A stretch of DNA of 52,415 bases from Girardia tigrina (lineage: Eukaryota). Below the pieces are notes generated by a model. The model ran no database searches. It was not told the DNA's origin and saw nothing but the letters and a program-made list of their open reading frames with translations. Of this stretch, positions 11,687 through 23,600 are shown piece by piece. Every line of letters starts with the position of its first letter. Position 1 is the stretch's first letter. The position numbers and the translations under genes were made by a program. The stretch covers positions 72,273 to 124,687 of the forward strand of contig MQRK01235606.1 in NCBI GenBank assembly GCA_001938485.1, given 5' to 3'.

Positions 11687-14600
11687 TTTTAGAAAAAACT
11701 AATTTAGTGAAAGCAGTTGAAGTTTCCTTAAGCTATGCCACTGTTTTTGTTCATACATTAAAAGTACTCATTTTGTCTTTAGAATTATCGGTTAAACGAA
11801 CGGTTAAACATTTAATTCTTTAAACGGATTGCGCTTAAACGTTTACCATTTTTACTAAACGTGTGACCCTTATTTCTGAATGACAAAAAGATCATTTAAT
11901 TAAGTTTTGGCAAGCATGAGGTAGTGACGGATAAGAACCTCTGCGTTACACCTCCATAGAAATTTCAAGAAACTAAATGCATTTGTCTTTTTTCAAGATT
12001 CGTTTTTACGTAATTTGAAAAATTCTCTGAATTATAAATTTTTTTAGAGAAATCGTGTTAGAACAAAATTATGCGACTAATAAAGATTATTAATTCCTTT
12101 TCATAGACTATTATTTTAAAATATGGTAAAAGGTCTCTGAAGAACAGACATTTGAAAATAGATAAACTTTTGAAAATTTGAAACTCGAAAGGCCAAAGAA
12201 ATTCGATAATTATACTTGAAAAGCAGTTTAAAAAGATCATCAACGCTAAGTACAATATTATAGGCAATGTTTTATATTATAATACGGATTGTCACGTTTT
12301 TACATAAAGAAGTAGGATCAGGCGAATTTACCAGTCGAACATACATTTGGGTATAGTCCATGAGAAACTAGATTGAATGAAACTCCATCTCTAGGTTTGG
12401 ATGCTAGAATGCTTCTCTTACTGAAAAGCCACTCAGTTAGAGTATATTAAGAGGATTTGCAACCCAATAACTAAATGATTTCCTAGTCCTTTGTACACGG
12501 TACTGCAGCTATTTGAGAACAAAATGATGTCAATGGAGGAAAATGAATAGACTAAAGAAAAAGAACATTTATTCCATATAAAATTTTTATTTAGATGAAT
12601 ACATATATAAAGGACGACATCATTTAATGAATCCTAACAACTTTTAAACACTGTCGAAACTGACTGCTGACAGTAATTAGATGGGTCTTGGGAATATTCG
12701 CTAATGCATCCACTACAACAGCTCTGAGAGCTGAAGTAGTGTTGTAGAGTTGATTATTGAAGTTCCTATCAACTACGCATCACACATAAAAATGCAGCTG
12801 ATTGACATATGGTGAGTTGGGGGCCAAACGTTAGGTGTGTTGTGGTCGTGAAAATCCTTAGCCAACCATTCTTGGATTGTTCTGTCTATATGAGATGGTG
12901 CTCAATCTTATTGAAAAACATACTTCCTCCGACGTACCACAATAGCAATCCAAGGCTTGACAACTGTGGCTAACAACAGTGTAAGCAACGGTATCGACTA
13001 TAGTACCTAAAGTAAAATACCGGTGCCCATGATTTTAAGTCATATTTCTTAAAAATCATTTTACAAATAAATCTGAATTAATTTTAGTCTTTAAAATCTT
13101 TATTATGTTTTATATCAATATCAACATAATAATTACCACATAAAATAATAAGAATTTACTTTTCATAAGTTCCACAACACATATGAGGCTAATAGGATAG
13201 CTGGATAGGCCAAGGATAAACAGTTTCCGACTGATTGTTAATATGTGATCAGTTAATCTATGAAATGAATCAAAGTTCCTCAGGATCAACTCCCTATCGG
13301 AAACTGAAAAGTCAAAGTAGTTGTATTCGTCCAGATTATATTTGTAGTCTTGAGCAAGTTTTAACAACATGATCGGATACATGGCTTCTTGAACTAGAAT
13401 CCGCCGGGATTTCAGTTCAAATTTGTTGAAACCTGAATTTAGGAACTTTAATAAATTTTATTAATATATATAAATGCTTTTATTGATATAAATGTTGATA
13501 AAGTTTAAATTTCTTTTACACTTAGATAACGCTTGGATATTGGATATCCAGTTGTGAGTAGATTATCTGCCATATGGATTCTCCAGCCGTGTTCTTTATA
13601 TGAAATATACATAAATATTTTAGCTTTTGAGAATAAGAATAGCAAAAATATTATGGTTTTTGCTAGCTTTCACGACAACGACTTGTAAATTCAAATTAAA
13701 GAGTTTTAATCCCATACCTTGGAAAAATCATTTTTAAACAACCTTAATCTTTAAGACCGCAGTTGAGTAAGTCAGATCTCGTCCGATCTCCGAAGTTAAG
13801 CAACCAACGGCCGCGTTAGTACTTATTTGGGTGACCAATAGGGAAATCGCGGGGCCATTGACTACAGGTCAGGTCAGGCAATCTGTCTGCTACAGGTATC
13901 ATGTAAACCTGGAATACCTGTCCCATGGTCGAATAGTTGGCGACTAAACCAGCTGCCTCACCCAGAGCAACCTGGGTGAAGAGGTGTGTGAACAGCTAGC
14001 TGGATGAAAAACATAACCTAGCAAAGGGCGGATGAGCTCCTTGAAGCCAACGGCCATCCATACCTGGAGAGAAGATAGGCGCCACCAGGTTCCTTGCCTA
14101 CTCAGACACTCAAATATATATGCAAATCCAAGCATAATTGAATGCACCCACGGCCCAAAGGCTACGGTACAAAAAAAATCTTTAAGAGCACGATCATCCA
14201 ATTTGTTTTTAAATATTTCGGTTACCTCAAGTATGGAAAGTATGATGACACTAGCAACGTTTGTTCCCCTGAAAATTATGACAGCATCGCTCAATTTTGA
14301 TATAATTTTACCCAGAATCTGGTATGATTCACATTTCATAAATATTTGCTAATTCTTTTCGTTTCAGAAAAATACATTATGTATTACTTTATCGTAAGTC
14401 AATATTTAACTGTAACCTCCGTGGTCACTAAAACATATTTTCAAATTTTTTAAAGACCAATAATTCTCAACCTTTATCTTAAGACATAATTCAAAACCCT
14501 TTTTAATTGTAAACCTAGAAATTACAACTTTTTTATTTTTAAACAATCAAATTATCTTTTTTACTCAACATACTTTTTTGATCAAAAACTCATTTGATCA

Positions 14601-17600
14601 AAATTTTGGTTAATTCCCTGTTTTATAATTTATTTAATTGTAAAAAATAGTCATGTACACGAGAAATTCAAACACCTGATCAAAGAAACTGTGTCTGAGA
14701 AGCTAACAGAAGTGATTTAACAGAGAAAAGAGTATCCAAAAGGCTCCAATCGCGTATCAAAAGAGTGCAATGCACATATCCCTCTTGTTTCAAAGCTTTT
14801 GCGCAACAGAAGGAATTAAAAAGACACATCAAAAACGTGCATACGGTCACAATGCCACAGTGTCAGAATGGTGACAAACTTCTCCAATGTCCCATGAAAA
14901 ATTGTTACAAGACCTATAAAATGGATGTATGGTTAAAGTGACATTTATTGATCGATCAGTGAATCCAAGACAGTATCAGTGGTACTAGTGTTTAACAATA
15001 AGGATGAAGCCATGATTAGAGGCTATATGTGAAAATTAATGAAATACGATAAGAAAAATAAAGTTCACTACACACCTTTGAAATGTAAGACATATTCTAA
15101 TAGAACATTTTACTATTGTTTCACATTACGAAGTGTTATTTTTAAGTTATTATTATAAATGCTTTTGTATATTATTAAGAACACTAAGTGTGTTTTCACT
15201 ACATTTATTTGTATCACAATTTGAATTGCCACTAGAACAATTCTCCATAAAACATGTGTAGCTCGTCAACGTTCTTGATTAATAAGTTTTTTAATAATAC
15301 TCTTTAACGCCTTATTATTCAAACAAATTTAATTTACAATTCGATTACAAAAATAATTTATACTTTGAATTTAAAATAAGTTTTATTTATTTTACGAAAA
15401 ATATTATTAAAATATTATTTATGAAATATTAATTTAATTTTAAAGTTGATTATTAAAATTGTAATAATTTATAAAACAATCCGATGTTTTTAAATATGTA
15501 GAGTATCAATCTTCCATCTGGGTGGGAGAAACGCAATCCTAAAAAAACATACCAAACAACACACAATAATCCCCATTCAAAAATAATACTCACATATATA
15601 ATGTACTCACGTGTTTTAGAACTAAATTGTAGAATTAGAGTTAAATTATAAGGGTTAAATTAAGTTTAATGATAATTTACCTATACAAATATTTATGTCA
15701 TTCATCAAATTATATACCCATATTATCGACACTTTTTTTCCATTTGAGGTGCAGCTTGTTAAGGCCATTTGAATATATATATATATGGTGGGCGATTCAC
15801 GATTTTCAAACAAAAAAATCACACATACTTACAACAAAGACAATAACTCCCTCTGATTGGACATCCAATCAGAGACCGCACCTCACATACTGCACGCCAC
15901 ACACTCCACACAAGGTAACAAAGATCTCGTTGTTTAATTTCAATTCAAAATTTATTTAATAATTTTCTTTTATAGCTTTTTCTTATCATCGGATTTTACT
16001 TGTGACCAAATAATAATCTCAATGATCGGTAATATACCAACGACTATTAGGAGTATTATCCGTGTATTAATTTCTTTCAACCCGACATTCCACTTTAATT
16101 GTTGATGCCATATACATTGAAGAGCTCTGCTGTAGAACTTTGGCATTTTCATTCATATATTTCAATTTGTCTCCTCTTTCGAATACTTTACTAATATTTT
16201 GTTGCATACTTTTTGCGATATCATCGATCTGATATTTTAATCTATCGACTTTCTGATTATCAAACGGTTGTTCCGTTGAACCATTATTGTTAACATAATA
16301 CTTTGTAAACTTATAAGTAAGACAGTCTGACGGTTAGTAAATGTTGGGTCAATCCTTAATCTCTTAATTTGCCGTTTTGTAGTTTTTTCGCAAAAAAATA
16401 AATAGGACAAAGGTAACCCCAACACAGTTTTCAAACGACCAGCAATGACGGCATTCACAAATAACGTAGACCTGTGATTCTTTTTGCACAGAAGAAGCGC
16501 GGAAGACATAAGACAACGACGATTTCTTTTACTTTCGTTCAATTCGTGAGGCACCCATTTATCGAGCTTTTTCGACTTTCCAATTTGCTTCAAGTGCCAA
16601 GCGACGGTTGAGGGATCAATGGTAAGCTCTTCTATGATTGCTCTAAAAGTTGTGCGTGGATCAGCTTCCACCAGCTCCTTCAATTCGTTGTTGTCAATCG
16701 TCGATGGGCGGCTACCATGAGTAAAACATTTGATAACAGCACTGCAACGTGCATTCATTGGCACTTCCCTTACCCCAAACTTCGTTTATGTTTTTAGCGG
16801 TTTGAGTTACATTATGCCCTAACTTGAACTCGTACAAGTAAATATTGCGAAAATCACGTTTTGTCATTTGTAATTAAAATCAAAATAATTAACAAAAGAA
16901 ACATTATAATAAGTTTTAGACAAATATATCTGAAAGAGTATAAATTAAGCTATTGAATGGCTCATAACATCATACATGCTTTTATTATAACATTGCGGTA
17001 AAAAAAATCAAAAACCTGCTTTCCTTTTGTATCAACCTAATAGCAGACGTGATGATTGAGGAAACAAAAGAAATTACTTCTAATGACATCGTGGGCTATT
17101 TCAGGTATACTCTCTGTAACATTACCACTTGCGTAGCGGAAGTTCCTTATATTCCCCGGGAGCTGAATTTTCGACTTTGAAAGTTTCTGTTATAATTTTT
17201 AAATCGTAATTATTATACTTTATTATTAATTGTTTTAAATTCTGAGTTAGTTTACCAGTCAGTCAAATAAATCGGCTCCCAGGGCCTTTCGACAAAGGCG
17301 CTGTACAGACAGAACCGTCTCAATGTGGACTATGCAGAGCTATCTCAACTTTACGCGGATTCACTCAATTTTCCTCTAATATTTCTCATTTTATCAGCAT
17401 ATATTTGATCATAGTAAAATTTGAGCTTGACCGACAAACCGTGAATCAGATGATAACGAAATTTTGCAAATTTAACCTAAATTGATTTTTAGAAATATAA
17501 TTAGTAAATAAGGCTTCCGGGCGTCTTTCGGCGAAGGCGGGCTATCCAGAGTGACCACGATCTTAAATGGATTCATTCTGGTTCGTCCGCAATTTCATAT

Positions 17601-20600
17601 TGAAAAGCGTGACCCACAAACAAACAAACAAACAAACAAACACACTTTTTAGACAAATATTATATATATATATATATATAGCTAAATATATTTTTAGACT
17701 GTTTTATATATTCGTAAGATTAAATTGTGTTTTTAAAGTATTTAATTTATTTGAAAAATTGTCTAATTTGACTGGGAATGGTATAAAGTGATATATTTTA
17801 AATTAAAAACAGATTCAATAATCACAAAGATTTAAAATTATTAGATATTGAGGCGAATATTTTTCAAACAATATTTTAGGGATAAAAATTTTCAACTCTG
17901 ACATGAAAAAGGTGTGGTAAACTGTACAGGTTATAACTTCAAAGGTATGCAGAACCATGGTTATACAACCCATGGGTGGTCGTTTCTCACAGGGAATTCG
18001 AAAAGATCTCGGAGACCGAAACTATCCGACCCCGTAGGAGGCCTATCGGGGGCCTACTAGTGATTCTTTAGTCTGGGTGGACCTTCTAAAGAGCCTAGAG
18101 GCTGAATACCATTCGATGGGAGGCCCACAGGTTATATATTATCATATGTATTAAACCGACTTCTGAAACACAAACTACTCAAAATAATGTCGGTATAAGG
18201 ATAATTTTTTTGTGTTTTTTATTTCACATAAGTGAGCGATAGTCGATCTATGTAACTTCAGCAATATAATTACTTCCTCATACAGCTCATCACATTTAAG
18301 AAAGAGAGGAACAAGAACAAATCTTTGCAAAAGTTATTTAACGTTAATGGCTTCGTATGTTGTCTTGAAATAATATGAGTGTTTGTAAAAAAATAAAGTA
18401 ATAATTCCTAAATTTTACCTTTGATTGATATCTTCTCACCAATTAAAGTAGCAATATTAAAAGAATATTCTCATTAAATGGGAAATGTCTCAATAAAAAA
18501 GATAAGTACAAAAATATAACCCTTACCAGGAATGGCCTTGACGAACTGAACCGTAATTGCAGAATGGACATCGAAATAATTCATCATATAATTCCATAAA
18601 TCATTCAATAAGAACGTATTTTCGGAAAATCGTCGATTTCTGATATCTTGAAGATTCTAAATAGAAATTATTTATTAAAAATTTATTAAATAAATCAAAC
18701 TGATTTCGATATCTCAATGATTCTTGTGGCATCCTTGATAGAATGTTCAAAGGAAATTCGTTCTTCTTGTGAATAAAAACATTCATTTTGTGATAATTTA
18801 GACATTTCTTGTTTTAATCGTTCGAAAATATTTTCGGTATTTTTGACAGATTTTTGTTGGGGTTGAGGACACAATTTTCGATAAGCTCGGACGTAAACCG
18901 ATTTTTGTGGACCACAATCATTAAGAAGTTTATCGTTCTGGTCTTCAGGTTCTTGGGTTCTTTGCATTATTTCCAGAACACAATGAAACTTAACAGCGTT
19001 TGGTTGTCTACCTATTCGACTTCCTATAAGTGAATAATAATAATAATAACAATAACAATAATAATATTAATAATAATTGTGAGGATTTTGAGAAACTCTT
19101 AAATTTTTGGATTAAACAAAACATTAATATTAAAAAATTAATATTAAAATATAAAAATAAAAAAATAGAGATTTATTGTAAAATAAGTAACGACGATAAA
19201 ATGTGGTATTAAGTTACAATATTAATAATATTTAAAAAAGAAATGTTTTAGATAACATTTAAATTATTGAAATTCGTAAATTAAATAAATTTAAAAAACG
19301 AATATAAGTTAAAGTAATAAAATTATTAAATTAAATAGATTTGAAAACTAATTAAATACATATAAGATTTTAAGAATAGTTAAACAGAATTTATGAAACT
19401 TTCAAAAAGTAAATACAATTGGAAGAAAACTAAATATTATTATTAACAACATCAATATGATTTTTCAAACATTTATTAACATCACAATCAGAATTGTTAT
19501 GACAACAATTATTCAAAAGACTTTCGCTATTTGATATTTTCTCGATTAATATTTTTCAATCATCCATCTGTGTAGGAGAGACACAATCCGAATCAACATT
19601 CAACATACACAATATCAACACACAATTCCAAACATTCCTCACAATCACAACAAATATTATAAAAATAACTAAGTTTAAGAAAATTTTTCTTCAAAATATA
19701 ATACAATATTTAAAAAATATTCATAATTAAATACAAAATTTAATATATAAAATATTTGAAAATAGTTTATATTTATAATTAAAATAGTTTTAAAATTAAC
19801 AAAGGTTTATAAAAGTTAATACAATTCAAATTTCGAAAAAAATAAATTTACACATTTTATATTTACAATTATTTTGATATTATTGGTTTGTGCAAGAAAA
19901 ATTAAATATTGTTCCTCAGAAATTTACATAGACAAAACTTGTTTAAATAATATATATATTGTTGTTATTAAAAAAAGTTTCAAAAAATGTCTTTATATGA
20001 ATTCTCATCAGAATGTATTCCCGAAACTAATAGTAACAATAATAATATTAATAATTATTATTATTCATTTAAATTTTATATATAAATCATGGTGAAATAT
20101 CTATTTTGAAAGGTAATTAAAAGTTATTTACTCTTAAATTCCATTATTTCTATCAATTTTGTTTTAATAAATTGATTTTATTTATATTTTTATTTGTGTC
20201 CTTAAATGAGGACAATGAATTTATTCATGTTTTTCGTGATTTAATTAAATTATTTTTTAATAAATTAAACTAGAAAAGTAAAAATAAATTAAAACTTCAA
20301 TTCACAACATTCAGAGTCAATGTTAAGGTCGATTTAATCTAGAAAAATAACAAAAAACTCTGAATAATTTTTGTTGAACTTTAGATAAACTTTTAAATTT
20401 GTGAAAGAAAAAAATATTTGATAAAAAATGTATATTTGATAGGAACTTTTAAAATATTATATAATTTATTTAATTATTAACAATTTCTTTCGAAATTCGA
20501 TCTAATATTTAAATAATGAAAAGTTATAAAGAAAAAGCAAAGAAATAAAATAAATACTATAAAAATATCTTTAATTTATCATAATATTAGCAATTAACAC

Positions 20601-23600
20601 TTCAAAAAGGAAATAAAAAGAATTTAAACGTTTTTTTTCGTTTTTTATTTTTATTAAAATTTATTTCTTAAGACCAAAAGTCTCAAATAAAGTGAAATCC
20701 AACTATAAGAAAAGTTCTCCAAAATTGTATTAAAAAATGTGGTCGTCTTACTTTTTTATTTTTTGATTATTGAAAATATTTTACAAATATTTTGGTAAAT
20801 AATGACAATCCTTATCAACGAATGTTTCCCGTATAAGTATCTCCTTTCTGGAATCTTTGAGTTTAGCTTCGTTTTAAAGGATTCTAATTTTACCCCCCCC
20901 CATCCCACCGACACACCTTTCCTGGTATGGACTCAAGTTCGTTGAAAATAACTTATAAAACATATAAAAACGAAAATTAAAAACAAATAATGACTTTGAT
21001 TTTTTTCCGAAGTGTTAAGAGCGGTTTACTTTTATGGTTTATTTCATCATCGAAATTTTCACTTAACAACTACTATTCTTTTGAAGTTTATTCTAATGTG
21101 TTATTCGTCATGGTCTCACAACACAGGGTACCGTAACATTATCAGTTCATAATGGCTGTTCTTAAAATTCACAACAATTGCTTAAAAAAGCTTTCAGATA
21201 AGCAGCAGCCTACGTTGGTACTCTTGTGTCGCAATGCCGCTAAAATGGTATTTCAATGTGACTTGCTGAAAGACTTAATTTGTCTAGTTTGAAAGGAATA
21301 GCAAAATGTCTGACCGTTTAAGATCATTGAAGTACCGATAGAAATAAAATGGCTCATATAATATCTATAATCAAATGGTTTTTTATACCAAATTATTAAT
21401 TTTTTAACATTTTCGATTCAATTCGTATGTGATGGCAATTCGTTTCTCACTGATTTGTCTGGTGAAAACGTGAAAATGTAAAAAATAAATAAAATTTTGC
21501 TAGAATATTAAACTTCCTTTATTTTTCCCTAACCGTATTTTTAGTGAATATAAATCGAAAGAACTTTAGTTTTTGAAAAAAATATAAAGTTGTTTAAGAC
21601 TTTTAAATAAACTAAATTCAATATATGTGAAGTATGATGCTAAAATCGATACAAGAATAATATTTTCGTGTTTATAAAGGGAAAAATAAGAAGGGAAGTC
21701 ATCTTCATTTATCAAATGATATATCTCAGAACGTTCATCTTCATTCGGATTTGTAAAGGTCTTCTTAATAAGGGTATTCCCTCCAAACTTCATGACAGCT
21801 GCTAAAACGGACTCTTGAAAAATGTTCCTTAAAAATATTATTTTAATTTTCTTGAACCCTCAGAATAGCCGGGTTTTATATTGAGTACTGCAATATCACA
21901 ATCCCATCAATATTTGTTAGGAGTATACGTTTGAAAGGTCTGGAGAAGGGATTTGAGATATTGATGTAATACGCTATGCTTAAGCACATTGAACCCATTT
22001 GGAAGAGGATTTCGCTATATACTTAGCAAACTGTTATAAAGGGATTCAGATCTTTTTATGAGATACACTTAAGTCGACGTGTAAAATATTTTGAAGAATA
22101 ATTTTTTTGCAAATCCACATCAAAATAATAAAAAAATAAATAAAAGATCATTCATTTAATATATAACAATGTTTTCTTTAGGTAACGTATGAGACTATTT
22201 AATTATTTGCAAATTTATATACTTATAAAATAAATTTATAAAATAATTAAGGTTATTTATGAATTATCCGGTTTATAGTAAAATTTATTCTTAAATTATT
22301 TTGTATTGATTAAAGTTTGATTTCAGAAAAATAGTGTGGGTTGGGAATTAATTCGAGTTTAGAGTATATATATATATATATATATATATATATNNNNNNN
22401 NNNNNNNNNNNNNNNNNNNNNNNNNNNNNNNNNNNNNNNNNNNATATATATATATATATATATACTCTAAAACTCGAATTAATCCCCAGCCCACACTATT
22501 TTTCTGAAATGGTAGATGAATACAAAGTTTCACTAATTTGTGTCTCTTATTTTTTATTTCGTTAATTCGGTTAATTTTTGATGATACCTCAAATAGTCTT
22601 GGGAACAATAATTGGAAATTTTTAGAATTGATATTTCTGAAAGAATGTTTAAAAAGTCAACGTTAGGGATGTTTCGATCGCAATAATAATTTATTTTATT
22701 TAATAATTTATTTAATTTTTATCATTCATTAGGAAACTATTTTAACAAAAATAATATTAAAGTTCAATTTTATTAAGAAATTTAAAAAATTATGACAAAT
22801 TTTTATTAAAATCAAGAACGCCATTAAAATCAAATTTTATTGTCGCAATATATTTCGGTGGATTTTCCACCATCTTCAGGCTGAATCAACAACAATTTCG
22901 CTATCTATTATATAGCAAATTGATGATTATGTAATCATCTTGAGTAACAACTAATTAAATATTTTCAACAAATTGAAAGAGAGACTTGTTTGGACATTAA
23001 TGGACGGATTAAGTGATTTAATCAATAATGCTTCACAAGTAACTCTTTCCCAATAATTTTTAAAATTACTGCACAATATTTTAAAATTAGTTGTTTTCAC
23101 CTCCGACTTACAACCCTTCATATATCCAGCAATATTACTCCCATTACACAATCGTCCATGCTCCTGAATCCGTTTACCGAGATGACGAGACGTCTCTCCA
23201 ATGTATGTAGCGTTGCACCCATTACATGAAAATCCATAAACCAGATTGGAGCATAAACTCAAAGGAGTACGAGATTTATTGCAGAACATACTTTGAATTT
23301 TGTAAGATTTAGAAATTCAAATTTTTACTATCAATTGATTTTAAAATAGACGATTTAAATTTTTTGTAACCTTCTGAATAAGGAACGATTAGCGCATATT
23401 CAATATTAGAATTTTCATTAGATAATTTATCGGGTTTTAATTCGTTTTTACCCTCATGTTCTTTATTCATTAATTTATCTATCGTCTCATTAGTTAGTTT
23501 CTCTAAAAATGATTTCGAATAGCCATTTTTCTACAATTGTTCTGTTACTTTATCTATGCTTGCATCTGCTTTTTCATATGTTGATGATAGAGACCAACAC

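Noticed and set aside
13755-13863. Functional 5S rRNA gene
   Set aside because: The 5' strand of helix I is missing, there is no oligo-T terminator, and it is not in a tandem array.
14110-14400. Minus-strand ORF 13944-14339 with two mini-intron-like GT-AG segments
   Set aside because: It may be another gene relic, but no splice solution gave a recognisable protein, and the ORF runs antisense into the SINE body.
16237-16764. 175-aa ORF as a mariner-host fusion gene
   Set aside because: It reads through from a broken mariner into sequence that is out of frame with the VAMP relic.
19030-19212. Poly-Asn ORF, and the IYIY ORFs at 22341-22608 and 36147-36435
   Set aside because: These are translations of (AAT)n and (TA)n microsatellites and N gaps.
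21566-22000. Minus-strand ORF faintly resembling a RhoGAP-like helix
   Set aside because: The similarity is too weak to support without an HMM search.
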